A stretch of DNA of 64,000 bases from an uncultured Planctomycetota bacterium (GCA_963823665.1 CAWGMQ010000008.1:1280001-1344000), one strand, 5' to 3'. Counted from the first letter of the stretch, positions 51,101 to 62,818 are shown. Translations and numbers: made by a program. The notes: generated from the sequence alone by a model not told the origin.

Positions 51101-51835
51101 TCAAATATGAGGCGAGGGAATCGAGGCGGTCACGAGGTGAGTCGAGACCCACGGTCCACCCCACCAGAGCCGGATGCCGAGGCCGCGACGGGTGACGTTG
51201 TTCATTCCTCGTTCGATAAGCCGTCTGTGATATCGGCGGGTGGCGAAGATGTCGACGATGAGGAGCCGGCCGCCGGGGCGGAGGACGCGGATCGCCTCGT
51301 CGATCGCTCGGTCACGACCGGCATTGCGTTTGATGTTATGGATCGCGAGGCTGGACACGACCACGTCGAAGGTGTCGTCAGCGAAGGGGAGGGCCGTCAT
51401 GTCTGCGGTGTGCAACTCGATCCGGTCGGCCACGCCTTCGGCGATTGCGTTGCGGCGCGTGGCTTCGGCGGCGTTTCCGGACTGGTCCTGCTTTCGCCAG
51501 ATGTCAACACCGACGGCTCGACCATCCGGCACGCACTGGGCTGCCATCAGCAAGACGGCGCCGCGGCCGCAACCGAGGTCGAGGATCTGCTCATCGCCGC
51601 GAAGCCCGAGGCCATCGAGTAGCTCTGCCCAGACGACGAATTTTCCCCTGAGCGACGCATAAAGGCCAAAGCCCGCACAGGCCGCCAGAAACACTGCGGC
51701 CAAGTAGGGCCACACGGAACCGGAGTGCCATCCCTCGAGGATGTTGACCAGGATGAAGAAACCGAAGAAAGGCAACAGGTATGGCGCGTCGATGCCGTAG
51801 AAACCTTTGCGACGAGCGCGAGCGGCTGGACGCAC
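51101..51835 (-). CDS. membrane-anchored class I SAM methyltransferase
   Basis: YGIDAP, two TM helices, LDLGCGRG, ADMTALPF, SSLAIHN, LRPGG. Confidence 0.92.
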   Translation of the reverse strand: MRPAARARRKGFYGIDAPYLLPFFGFFILVNILEGWHSGSVWPYLAAVFLAACAGFGLYASLRGKFVVWAELLDGLGLRGDEQILDLGCGRGAVLLMAAQCVPDGRAVGVDIWRKQDQSGNAAEATRRNAIAEGVADRIELHTADMTALPFADDTFDVVVSSLAIHNIKRNAGRDRAIDEAIRVLRPGGRLLIVDIFATRRYHRRLIERGMNNVTRRGLGIRLWWGGPWVSTHLVTASIPSPHI

Positions 51836-51942
51836 GTTGGAATCTCCGGAGGCCGGATTCTGTGGCTCGCGGGAGCGATTCTACGGTGCTATTCGCTGAG
51901 AACTCGGTGACATTTGGGAGTCGAGCCACGCTTGAACGGCTT

Positions 51943-52065
51943 TCATCTGAGGTGCATCTGGTCGCCGACGGCGTATGCTTCTCTCAAGAAGCTTTCAAAC
52001 TCCGCGTCGATCTCGGCGGGCGAAGTGAGGCGGAAGTGGTGGACTTCGATTGGCGAACGACCGGC
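51943..52065 (-). pseudogene. C-terminal gene remnant (DUF5655-like)
   Basis: Minus strand RSPIEVHHFRLTSPAEIDAEFESFLREAYAVGDQMHLR*; no coherent upstream portion. Confidence 0.5.
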
Positions 52066-52465
52066 GGCATTCCGGGCATTGCCAGAGTGGACGCTCTGAT
52101 CGCGGTGGCATCGATGTTGCACTTGTCATGCTGGTTGGGAGAAGCACTCTGGAAGCCGGGCGGAGGCGCGGCGAGTCTCATTCTATCGCGGACGTTTACT
52201 ACGAGCGCCCCACAACCCGACGAAGTGCCCGCGACGGTAGCTGCACAGATGTGCTATGCTAGAGGTTGCGGGTGCAATCACTGGAAAAGCCACACTTTCG
52301 GTCAAAATTTAGAACGGACGCGAAACGGGGAACGTAGGAAAGATCAACGGGAGCGCACGAGACCGCGGGCAGCACCAGGGCGGGAAGGCCTTGTCAACGC
52401 CGGATCAGAGCACGACCCACGACACTGAACCAACAGCATCCTGCGACGGGCAGCGGGAGGGAATC

Positions 52466-54493
52466 ATGAAACCGCGATTCTTCAGTTATGTGAGTGCGTT
52501 TGCGGCATGTCTTGCGCTCGCGGTGGGCGCGGGGCCCGTTTATGCCCGCCACGGTGGTGGAGGGCACGGCGGTGGCGGTGGGCATGGTGGCGGTGGTGGG
52601 CACATGGGCGGGGGCGGCGCCCATTTCGGCGGTGGTGGTGCACGGATGGGTGGCGGCGGCGGTTTTCGGGGCGGGGGTATGGCCGCGCCCCGGAGTTTCG
52701 GCGGGATGAACCGCGGGTACGCCGGTGCGCGATCGTTCGGAGCACCTTCGATGGGAATGGGCCGGATGCCGTCCATGGGCATGAACCGCGCGGGTTCCAC
52801 GGGGATGTCTCGCTCGTTTGCTGGCTCAGCGGCCGGCCGAGGATTTGGAGTCAATGCGGCGGGGCGCAACGCTTACGGCGTTGGAGCACGGGCGCCCATC
52901 AATATGGGAGCGCGATCGTTTGCTTCGTCGAGCTTCGGGCGCGGCGGGATGGGCGGAACGGGCTTTACGGGGGCGCGGGGCGGGTACGGTCTGGGTACAC
53001 GTGCGCCGATCAACGGCGGGGGACTGGGGGGTAACCGGTCTGGATCCGGGCTGACGGCGACGTCGTTCAATCGAGCTGGACTGGGCAACAGCTCGCTATC
53101 TGTCAATCGCGCCACGTCAATCAACAATTTCAACCGGACCAGCATCGGTGGCGTGGGGAACGGAGGCTTCGGACGCTATGGCCGCGGTTACGGGGGAGGA
53201 TACGGACGCGGTTATGGCTATGGCGGCTATGGTGGATATGGGCGCGGATACGGCTACGGAGGTCTTGGATACGGGGGTCTCGGGTACGGAGGTCTTGGAT
53301 ACGGAGGTCTCGGGTACGGGCTGGGAGGATTCGGGCTCGGATTCGGCCTCGGAAGCCTGCTGGGGTTCGGCCTTGGCGGGTACGGCGGATATGGTGGGTA
53401 CGGTGGATACGGTGGATACGGAGGTTACGGCGGGTACGGCGGATATGGGTACGGTGGATATGGCGGGTACGGTGGGTATGGTGGGTACGGTGGATATGGT
53501 GGGTACGGTGGGTATGGATATTCACCTTGGATGTACGGGCCGTCGCTTTACGATTGGGGTTACTCGAGCTATTACAACCCCTACTACAGCGGGGGATATG
53601 GCTTGAGCACCGGTCCGGCGGTCTACGACTATTCCCAACCGATCGCCAGCCAAAGTATCGCTCCGGAGCCGGCGGCGACCGACCCGGCGACGACGAGCTT
53701 CGACGCGGCGCGCGACTCGTTCAAGGCGGGGGATTACCCTCGAGCGCTCGATCTTGTGGACCAGGCGATCAAACAGATGCCGAATGAGTCGCCACTGCAC
53801 GAGTTTCGAGGAGTGACGCTTTTTGCCCTGGGCCGATACACCGACGCGGCTGTGCCGCTTTATTCGGTGCTTGCGGTTGGACCGGGGTGGGACTGGGCGA
53901 CGTTCATCAGTCTGTACCCGAACGTGTCGATTTATACCGATCAGCTACGGCAACTGGAAAGCTACTGCAGCACGAATCCGGCGTCGGCGCCGGCTCGGTT
54001 CGTCCTGGCGTATTTGTATCTGACCCAGGGAAGCACGAGCGCGGCGGTGCAGACGCTCAAGCGGGTGGTCGCTCTCCAGCCGAAGGACACGGTCTCGACG
54101 CAGCTCCTGAAGCGGATCGACCCGAGCTATGCACCGTCGGCGGAGAGAGCTGAACCGGCACCGCCGCCGGCGCCTGCTGGCCTGAAACCGACCTCTGGAA
54201 TTATCAAGGAAGGGCGATTTGAGGGTGCGTGGACAGCGCAGCCGGACGAAGACACGAAGATCAACCTGACGTTCCTGGATGCGGGGAAATTCCTCTGGAA
54301 AGTTGATCAGAAGGGGAAGAACCACGTCATTCAAGGCCGGATGACTTCGGGCAATGGTCTGTTGACCCTGGCGCAGGACCACGGGCCGCCGATAGTCGGC
54401 AACGTGACTTGGGCGGATGAGTCACACTTCCAGTTCAAGGTGCCGGGGGCGGCGGCCGAGGAGCCGGGCCTGACGTTCGCGAAGGCGCTGTGA
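52466..54493 (+). CDS. secreted Gly/Tyr-rich low-complexity protein with TPR and C-terminal beta domain
   Basis: GGGAGG RBS; signal peptide; (GGY)n; YDYSQPI; LYSVLAVGPGWDW TPR-region motif. Confidence 0.9.
   Translation: MKPRFFSYVSAFAACLALAVGAGPVYARHGGGGHGGGGGHGGGGGHMGGGGAHFGGGGARMGGGGGFRGGGMAAPRSFGGMNRGYAGARSFGAPSMGMGRMPSMGMNRAGSTGMSRSFAGSAAGRGFGVNAAGRNAYGVGARAPINMGARSFASSSFGRGGMGGTGFTGARGGYGLGTRAPINGGGLGGNRSGSGLTATSFNRAGLGNSSLSVNRATSINNFNRTSIGGVGNGGFGRYGRGYGGGYGRGYGYGGYGGYGRGYGYGGLGYGGLGYGGLGYGGLGYGLGGFGLGFGLGSLLGFGLGGYGGYGGYGGYGGYGGYGGYGGYGYGGYGGYGGYGGYGGYGGYGGYGYSPWMYGPSLYDWGYSSYYNPYYSGGYGLSTGPAVYDYSQPIASQSIAPEPAATDPATTSFDAARDSFKAGDYPRALDLVDQAIKQMPNESPLHEFRGVTLFALGRYTDAAVPLYSVLAVGPGWDWATFISLYPNVSIYTDQLRQLESYCSTNPASAPARFVLAYLYLTQGSTSAAVQTLKRVVALQPKDTVSTQLLKRIDPSYAPSAERAEPAPPPAPAGLKPTSGIIKEGRFEGAWTAQPDEDTKINLTFLDAGKFLWKVDQKGKNHVIQGRMTSGNGLLTLAQDHGPPIVGNVTWADESHFQFKVPGAAAEEPGLTFAKAL
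53375..53521 (+). repeat. 9-bp tandem repeat encoding (GGY)n
   Basis: GGNGGNTAY repeated about 15 times with synonymous variation. Confidence 0.9.
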
Positions 54494-54660
54494 ACGAATA
54501 GATCGGATTGAAAGTCCGAGCAGCCGGGCCGCAAAACCGATGGCGGTCCGGCTTGCACCGATAGAGGTGTGAAGCAGCCATTTTCACTCGATCTGGATCA
54601 AACCCGGACGGACGAAGCACTTCCAGCGGGCGGCCGCGGCGGCCGCGGCGCCTGCGCAGG

Positions 54661-56106
54661 GTGTTTCGCCTGGCGCAGGTGCGGCTGCGGGTGCCGATCG
54701 TGCTCATCTTCGCGGCCTTGATCGCCGGCGAGTGGGACGTGATCCGGAACTACTGGGGCCGGCTGACGCGGGTGTTCCATTCCGAGAGCATTGCCCGGCA
54801 GGCTGTCTCGAGCGACACCGAGTACTTCTGCCCGATGGACCCGGGGGTGGTCTCAGACTGGCCGAGCAAGTGTGGCGTCTGCAACATGGCGCTCGTGAGA
54901 CGGAAGCGAGGGGAAGCGCTGGCGCTGCCGGATGGGGTGGTGGCGCGGATGCAGCTTTCGCCCTACCGAATTCAACTGGCGGGCATTCAGACGGTGCCCG
55001 CGTCGTTCCGCGCGCTTGAGAGGGAGTACGAGCGCTCCGGGCTGGTGTCAATTGATCACGGAAAGGCGGTAATGGTCGTCGAGATTCCGGTGAGCCAGGC
55101 GTCGTGGGTCGGAGCAGGGCAGGGGGTTTCGCTCGAGTTCCCGGACCTGGCGGGTCTGGAACCCGTGGGCGGACTGGTGCGGAGTGTGACCGAAGAGACG
55201 GACGGGGGATGGAAGCGGCTGTGCGCGACGATCGAGATGGCGGCCCCAGCCGGCTCCGTGCGCGAGGGTTTGCCAGTCGTCGCGAGATTCAAGGCGCCGG
55301 TCTGCGGGATGGAGCCGTTTCGATCGATGCCGCAGGATCCGCCGCCCGTCGCTGCGTCAGAACCGCGCACCGTGTATATCTGCCGGGACCATCGTGGCAC
55401 GATCGCCCTCGTTCCGGGGAAATGCCCGATCGATCAGAACGCGAGGGAGGCGACGGCGCTTCTGGAATCCCAGCGCGTTCGGTACTGGTGTCCGATGCAC
55501 AAGGCGGTGACGGCGGATCGCGGTGGCGAGAAATGCAGTGCTTGCGGCGGCATGGAGCTAGAGCCGCGGGTTGTCTCGTTTCGGCCCGCGGGACAGGTTC
55601 TGGCCGTGCCTCGCTCGGCGGTCATCGACGGAGGCACGCAGAAAGTGGTTTTTGTCGAGAGCATGCCCGGGATGTTTGACGGCGTGGAGGTCGAGGTCGG
55701 GCCGCGGTGCGGCGAATTCTACCCGGTGGTGCGGGGTCTTGAAGCCGGTCAGCGAGTTTGCATCGCGGGCGCGTTTTTGCTCGATGCCGAGACGCGACTG
55801 AACCCGAGCCTGGCGGCGGCCTACTTCGGCGCGGGGCGGAGCGAGCATCATTCCGGGTCTGCGAGCAACGTGACGGCGCGGAGCAAGGACCAAACGGCGG
55901 ATGGGCTTGCCGGCCTGACGGCGGAGAATCGGACGATCGCGGAACGACAGAAGAATTGCCCTGTGACGGAGAAGCCGCTGGGCTCGATGGGAAAGCCGGA
56001 GCGCGCCGTTGCCGGAGGGCGGGTGGTGTTTCTGTGCTGCGATGGCTGCAAAGGCGCTCTCGAGCGTGATCCCGAGAAATACCTGGCGAAGCTTCCGAAA
56101 CCATGA
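54661..56106 (+). CDS. CusB-like RND periplasmic adaptor with heavy-metal-binding and YHS-like domains
   Basis: YFCPMD..KCGVCNM, YWCPMH..KCSACGGM, LAVPRSAVID, GAFLLDAE, CPVT..LGSMG..FLCCDGC. Confidence 0.88.
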   Translation: MFRLAQVRLRVPIVLIFAALIAGEWDVIRNYWGRLTRVFHSESIARQAVSSDTEYFCPMDPGVVSDWPSKCGVCNMALVRRKRGEALALPDGVVARMQLSPYRIQLAGIQTVPASFRALEREYERSGLVSIDHGKAVMVVEIPVSQASWVGAGQGVSLEFPDLAGLEPVGGLVRSVTEETDGGWKRLCATIEMAAPAGSVREGLPVVARFKAPVCGMEPFRSMPQDPPPVAASEPRTVYICRDHRGTIALVPGKCPIDQNAREATALLESQRVRYWCPMHKAVTADRGGEKCSACGGMELEPRVVSFRPAGQVLAVPRSAVIDGGTQKVVFVESMPGMFDGVEVEVGPRCGEFYPVVRGLEAGQRVCIAGAFLLDAETRLNPSLAAAYFGAGRSEHHSGSASNVTARSKDQTADGLAGLTAENRTIAERQKNCPVTEKPLGSMGKPERAVAGGRVVFLCCDGCKGALERDPEKYLAKLPKP

Positions 56107-56177
56107 TTCCGCGACGGACGCGGCGCGAGCATTCAGTTTGCTTGGAGCGCACAGGGCCGGCGCATTAGAATGGCGAC

Positions 56178-59100
56178 ATGATCGACGCGATCATCACCTT
56201 TTCGATCCGGCACCGAGCTCTCGTGATCGGCGCGGGGCTTGTGCTTGCGCTGCTGGGAGCATTGGCGGCGCGGGAGACTCCGGTCGACGCGATTCCGGAC
56301 CTCTCGGAGAACCAGGTGATCGTCTTCACCGCGTGGAAGGGACACGGGCCGCGCGAGATTGAAGACCAGGTGACCTACCCATTGTCGCTGGGCCTCTCGG
56401 GACTGCGCGGGTGCGGGTGGTGCGGTCGTCGAGCGACGTCGGGTATTCGATGATCAGCGTGATCTTCGAGGACGGCATCAGCTCGGCGGAAGGGCGGCGG
56501 CGGGTTGGCGATCGGCTGGCGCGTGTGCAGGCGGAACTACCCGAAGACGCGCGTCCGGAGCTGGGACCGGACGCGCCTGCGACCGGTCAGATTTTCTGGT
56601 ACACGGTCGAGGGAGGGGGTCTGGACCTGGGCCGTCTGAGGGCGATCCAGGATTGGTATGTTCGCCCGCAGATTGCGTCGGTGCCGGGAGTGGCCGAGGT
56701 AGCGAGTGTGGGAGGGTTTCCGATCGAGTACCAGATCGCGCCCGACTTGAACCGGCTCGGGCTTTACGGGCTGACGACGCGGGACGTTGTCGAGGCCCTT
56801 TCGCGATCGAACGCCGCAGCCGCGGGGCACGTGATCCACAAGGGAAATGCCGAGTACGTGGTGCGAGGCGTTGGCTGGGTGGGAGCATCGAGCGAGCCTG
56901 GCGACGAATCATTCGACTCGAGCCGGGCGCTCGCGGACCTGGAAAACGTGGCGGTGGTGCGACCGGCCGGGGGCACGGTCCGGCTGGGCGACGTTGCGGA
57001 GATCGGGCTGGGGCCGGGGTTCCGGCGAGGCGTGCTGGAGAAGGACGGCAATGAAGTGACCGGGGGAGTGGTGCTCCTGGCCAACGGCGAGAATCCGCTT
57101 GAAGTCACGGGGCGGATCAAGGCCAAGATCCGGGAGCTCCAGACCGGCCTGCCTCGCGGCGTGCGGATCGTACCGTTCTATGATCGGACGCCGCTCATCG
57201 AAGGGGCGATCGGCACGGTCACCCGTACCGTCATCGAGGCGATTGTCTCGGCATCGCTCTGTGTGCTCCTGATCCTGTTGCACGTGCGTACGTCGCTGGT
57301 CATCGCCAGCACTATTCCGCTGGCTGCGCTCTCATCGTTTCTGATCATGGCGGTGCTGCGGAGACTCTCGATCGTGGACGTTCAGGCCAATGCGACGTCA
57401 CTCGCGGGTATCGCCATTTCGATCGGCGTACTGGTCGATTCCTCGGTGGTGATGGCCGAGAACGTGATGCACCGCCTGCGGGAGCAATTCGGGAACCGGG
57501 TGGTGCGTGGAGACGTGAGCGCCATCGTGCTGCAGGCCTGCCTGGCGGTGGGACGACCGATCGTGTTCTCGGTGGCGATCATGGTGCTCTCGTTCCTGCC
57601 CGTGTTTGCCCTGGGCGGGATCGAGGGAAAGATGTTTCACCCCATGGCCTACACCAAGACGTTTGCCCTGGGCGCTGTGGCGATCCTGGCGATCACGCTG
57701 GTGCCGGCCTTGTGCACGATCTTCATCCGGGGGAAGCTGCGCTCCGAGACGGATAATCCACTGATTCGCGGCGTGATCGAGGTGTATCGCCCGGTGCTTT
57801 CGTATCTGATTGACCAACCGGCGGCGCTGGCGTGGGTGCTGGGAGTGACGTTTCTGCTGGGGTTCATTCCTCTGGGCAGCCGGCCCCTGACGGTGGCGAT
57901 CCTCGTGGTGGCGATGGTGGCGACGGCGTTACTGGTCAGGGCGTGGGTCTGGGCGGTGGTTCTTCCGATGAGCCTGCTCACGGTGGCGCTCATCGCGGAC
58001 CAGTCGATGAAGCCGCTCGAGCGCGAGTTCATGGCGCCGCTCGATGAAGGGATGGTGATGGACATGCCGATCACGGTGCCGCGAGCCTCGGTGACGGAGT
58101 CGCTTGACGATTTGAAGGCGCGGGACATGGTGCTCTGCCGGTTTCCCGAAGTCGACATGGTGGTCGGCAAGGCCGGGCGGGCCGAGACGCCGACCGACCC
58201 GGCGCCCCTGGACATGATCGAGACCATGGTGAATTTCCGACCGCGAGAGCTCTGGCCACGGCGGAAGCTTGGCGTCGCCGACGCGCTCTCGCAAGGCCAT
58301 GCGGTCTACGACGCGCTCGTCACCCGCGGCGTGCTCGGTCCGCCGACAACGTCCGCGGCCGAGGACGAGCTGATCGAGCAGTCGGTATCAGCCGCGGTTG
58401 TGCTGTTCGACGCGGCGAGCCGCGAGTACGCCTACCATCGATATCAGGAGATGCTGCGTGAAACGGGGGGGGTTTCCCCGAGCTCGAGTGCATCCGTCGT
58501 CACCCGAGGAAGCGCGGGTAGTCGCGCCGTGGCAGCATCACGTGGAGCTGGTCGACGACGAGTTGATCACGCGGGCCGCGCCGCTCTTTACGCGGCTGGT
58601 GATGGAGCAGCTTCTCGACCACGGGCGAATCACCGACTCCGGAGTCGTGCTTCATCACAAAGAGGCGGCCCTAGTGCGCGCGGCAGGAATTGCGGCCGCT
58701 ACTCGCCACATGCAATCGCCGGGCGCAGGTGGCCATCATCATGGCGGGGAAGCGCCGTCTGCATCGCGGCCGATCCTCGAACCCCACCCGGTGCTGGACG
58801 CGGTTCAAGATACATTGTCGAAGCGATTCAGCCGGCGGCTGATGCTCTGGAAGGCCGATCGAACATCGCTGGCGGCCTTTGGCGGAGAGCTCGACTCGGC
58901 TGTTTCGATGCCGGGATGGACGAACGTCTGGACGATGCCGATCCAGAATCGCGTCGACATGCTTGCAACAGGTGTGAACACGCCGATCGGCATCCGCGTG
59001 CTGGGCCGAAACCTTGACGACGTGATCCGTGGCTCGGAAGAAGTCGCGCGTCTCGTCAAGCCGTTGCGAGGGGCGGCCGACGTGGTCGCCGACCCGATTC

Positions 59101-60173
59101 GAGGCAAGCCGTATATCGAAATCCGGATCGACCGCGCTCGCGCCGCTGCACTCGGTGTGAGCGTGGGCGAGATCAACGATGTGATCGAAACAGCACTGGC
59201 CGGCAAGGTGGTTGGAACCACGGTCGAGGGACGCGAACGGCATCCGATCGTCGTTCGATGCGGACGTCGCTGGCGTGAAGACGAGGAATCGATTCGCAAT
59301 CTGCCTGTGACGGCTCGAGGGCCGCTCGAATGAGCCGGGTGACCGAGCCCAGAGGGCTTCGATCTCCAAGGAGGTGCCACTGGGCGAGGTGGCGAAGGTA
59401 GAGGTGGTTCCTGGACCCGCGACCATCAAAAGCGAGAATGGACTCTTGAGGAATTACGTGCGGATGAACGTGAGCGGACGCGACGCTGCCGACTTGGTCG
59501 CGGAAGCGCGCCAGGTGGTGGCGCGAGAGGCCAAGAGGGCAAACTACCCGCCGGTGTTTTCATCGAGTTCACCGGACAGTTCGAACACACGGTCCGTGCG
59601 CGACGCACACTGCTCGTGGTCGTGCCGATCGTGGTTGCGCTGATTTTCCTCATCCTGTACTTCACGTACCACGACCTGGCCGACGCGGTGCTGATGATGC
59701 TGGCTGTGCCGGGCGCGATTGCCGGGGGGCTGTTCTTTCAGTGGCTACTGGGACTCAAGCTTTCGGTCACCGTGTGGGTGGGCTACATCGCGTGTTTTGG
59801 AATGGCCACGTCAACCGGAATTATCATGCTCGTGTATTTGCGTGAAGCGATCGCAAAGGCGGGGGGGCTGGACCGGATGAGCCTGCGCGAGCTGCGAGCG
59901 GCGGTGCTCGCCGGCGCGGTGCAGCGGCTGCGGCCCAAGCTGCTGACCGAGGGAACAGTCGTGCTGGGGCTGGCACCCTTGCTCTGGGCCAGCGGCGTTG
60001 CCTCCGAGATCATCCGTCCGATGGCGGCGCCGGTTCTGGGCGGTATTCTGGTGGCTGACGAGGTGATCGACCTGTTTCTACCGGTGCTCTTTTACTGGGT
60101 GCGCCGCCGGCGATGGCAGCGGCTGCACGCAGGGACGATCGTCGTGGAGACCGAAGTCGAGGTTGTCGCGTGA
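56178..60173 (+). CDS. cusA: CusA-type heavy-metal RND permease (frameshifts near 56410, 58500, 59335, 59540)
   Basis: VDAIPDLSENQVIV, IEDQVTYP, LGPDAPATGQIFWY, SLAGIAISIGVLVD, TDPAPLDMIET, IQNRVDMLATG, RLRPKLLT. Confidence 0.9.
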
Positions 60174-60206
60174 TCGAAACTCCTTTTGTGAGAAAGGTTT
60201 ACATTC

Positions 60207-60978
60207 GTGAGTAAACGCATCTTTGATCTTTCCGGCCGCGTGGCGCTCGTGACGGGCGGGAGCAAGGGCCTGGGCAAGGCGATGGCCCGCGGGCTTGCCG
60301 AGGCCGGAGCCGATATCATCATCTCCAGCCGGCACGAGGACGAACTGCAGGCCGCTGTCGCCGCGATCGGCGCGGGGCTGGGGGTGCGGGTCAAGTACGT
60401 GGTGGCGGACATGTCTCGCCGGACCGAGGCATCGCGCCTCGCCGGTCTTGCCACTGAAGCGATGGGTAAGGTCGACATTTTGATCAACAACGCCGGCACC
60501 AACAAGCCTCAGCCCATCGACCAGATCGAAGACGACCTCTGGGACGAGTTGCTCGAGCTGAACCTCAGCTCGTGCATGGCGCTCGCACGCGCGCTGGCGC
60601 CGGGCATGAAGGAACGGAAGTGGGGCCGGGTGATTCACATCTCGTCGATCATGGGCCACAGCTCGGCGGCTGGTCGCAACGCGTACTCTGCGACCAAGAC
60701 GGCACTGCTGGGTCTGGCTCGAGCCAGTGCGAACGACCTGGGCCCGTTCGGCATCACCGTCAACTGCATCGCGCCGGGGCCGTTCTTGACGGATCTTCCG
60801 GTGAGCCTGCTTTCGCAGGAGCAGCGAGACGACTTCGCCCGCCGAACGGCGCTCCTGACGGTGGGGACAGCCCGAGGAATTGATCGGTCCGGCGCTCCTG
60901 CTTGCGAGTGACGCCGGCAGCTACATCACCGGCACGTGCCTGACCGTCGACGGCGGATGCCTCGCAAAGATCTTCTGA
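60207..60978 (+). CDS. SDR family oxidoreductase (frameshift near 60860)
   Basis: [21 protein letters not shown]; shifted tail [21 protein letters not shown]. Confidence 0.92.
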
Positions 60979-60992
60979 TTCGGATTCTGGCA

Positions 60993-62642
60993 GTGATTGA
61001 TTCCGCGGCCGCGAGCACGATCATCCGCCGCAGGCTCTCCACGCCCGCGCCGATCTGGCTCACCGTGGTGCTTGGCGCCGCGATCCTCGCCGCCCCTGCG
61101 TGGCTGCTCCGGGAAGACTTCCGTAACTATTCGCTATTGCATGACGACTTCGACTACATCGCGCAATCGCGCAACTGGCCGACGACCTGGGGTCATCTCT
61201 TTGAGCCTCACAACGCTCACGTTGTGCCGATCTTTCGCATATGGACGTGTCTTCTTGTGAGCATCTCCGGGGGGTTGGCGAATGTGCCGGCGGTCTTCGC
61301 ACGATCGTCGTATGCCGGGCTGATCGCAGCGATGCTGGCCCTGGCCTGGGTGGTGGCCCGGGAAACCCGACAGCCGGCGGCCGGGCTCTCGGCGATGGCC
61401 ATCCTGGGAATCTCGACGGTCATCCATCCGGCCGTGACCTGGTACTCGGCGAGCCAGGCCCTCTGGGCGGCGGCAGCGATCCTCGTGACGATCGCGCTCG
61501 CACAGGCCTGGGCAGAAAAGGGGGGTGCGCTCCGGCTCGCGGCGCTCGGTGGGGCAATCGTCCTGGCGCCAGCGGTCTGGTCTGGCGGCCTGCTTGCCGG
61601 CCCGGCGGCAATCGCCTATCTGTTCTTCAAGAAAGCGCGCCCTGTTGCCGGGCCAGCTCTACTCCTCGGCGGTATCACATTCTGTTCCGTCTTCCTCGTC
61701 CTGTTTCTCTCGCAGGGCCAGATCCGTGGCAACCCAATGCTGTGGGAAAAGCGGTTCGACGTCTGGCCGCGGCCTGTTCAGACTCTGCTGCACACGGCGC
61801 AGGTTCTCATTGAAGCATGTGTCTGTGGAAACTGCGGTCTCGATGTGATCACCACGCCACGTCAGGCCGCTGCACTTCTGATTGTGATCGCAGCGTTCTA
61901 CGCCTGGTCGCGACGGGGGGCCGGGCCGTGGAATTCGCTTGAGGCCACGGGCGCCGTCGTGGCGGTGGGGAGTTGCCTGCTGATCTATTTCTTTCGCGGG
62001 AATATGCCGTATACCAGCTTGCGGGCGCTCGGCTGGTACCACACGATTCCCCAGGTCGGCACGATCCTCTTCGGAGCGGGCTGGTGGACTGCGCTGCGCG
62101 CGCCGAGTGAGGAGCGGCCGCGGATGACTCTCGCCCACGCCGCAGGAGTGCTCGGGTTTGTGGTCGTATTCTGTTTGATTCAGATACCCCGCGCCGAGCA
62201 GCAATTGATCCAGACTGCGCCGGCGTTTTTACCCGGAGAAGCTGGCCTCTTCCCGAGCACCGGGCTTCTGGCGGGCAGGGCCCTCTACTTCAAGGGCGAG
62301 TTCCACGATCGCCAGCACCGGGCGCTTGTACGGCTTGATCGACTCGATCAACTTCTCTTCGATTTGAAGGCCAGCCCGGAATCACTCCGGGGCGTCTTCG
62401 GACGACTCAGCTTCCCGGGGATCTCGGAGAAGCAGCTCAGTTGCGATGCCTTCAGCCTACTCTATCCGCGAGCGCGGAACCCGGACACGCTCGCCGAGCT
62501 GGCGAGCCGCAGCATCGAGCTGGTCGAGCTCGTGCGCCCCGAGCGGGAGCCGGAGCGACCCTGGCTCGATGCAAAGCATTCCGCATCGAAGGCCGAAAGG
62601 CACACCGAGTCCGATTATCAGGAACGTCGTCAGACACCTTGA
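60993..62642 (+). CDS. polytopic membrane protein, GT-C-like
   Basis: First loop LHDDFDYI..HLFEPHNAH, then about 11 TM helices. Confidence 0.7.
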   Translation: MIDSAAASTIIRRRLSTPAPIWLTVVLGAAILAAPAWLLREDFRNYSLLHDDFDYIAQSRNWPTTWGHLFEPHNAHVVPIFRIWTCLLVSISGGLANVPAVFARSSYAGLIAAMLALAWVVARETRQPAAGLSAMAILGISTVIHPAVTWYSASQALWAAAAILVTIALAQAWAEKGGALRLAALGGAIVLAPAVWSGGLLAGPAAIAYLFFKKARPVAGPALLLGGITFCSVFLVLFLSQGQIRGNPMLWEKRFDVWPRPVQTLLHTAQVLIEACVCGNCGLDVITTPRQAAALLIVIAAFYAWSRRGAGPWNSLEATGAVVAVGSCLLIYFFRGNMPYTSLRALGWYHTIPQVGTILFGAGWWTALRAPSEERPRMTLAHAAGVLGFVVVFCLIQIPRAEQQLIQTAPAFLPGEAGLFPSTGLLAGRALYFKGEFHDRQHRALVRLDRLDQLLFDLKASPESLRGVFGRLSFPGISEKQLSCDAFSLLYPRARNPDTLAELASRSIELVELVRPEREPERPWLDAKHSASKAERHTESDYQERRQTP

Positions 62643-62818
62643 TGGACGAGCAGCGGTGGTCGAATCGGCGAGGCGTAACTGTGCGTCGCGATCCGTCCCG
62701 CTTGACAGCGGGCTGTGTTTTGGCCGAGCCAGCGTGCGAGGGGTTGCCGAAGCCGAAGAAACGTGGCAACAATCCGTTGATGTTCGGGAACGCCTGTCCA
62801 AGTCCGAGGGAGTTCCGC

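Noticed and set aside
54495..54560. Two hairpins with GAAA and GGGCCGCAAAACC, reminiscent of a c-di-GMP-I riboswitch upstream of the cusB-like gene
   Set aside because: Lacks the 5' GGCAAA element and the expected stem arrangement; more likely terminator or stability hairpins. An Infernal scan would settle it
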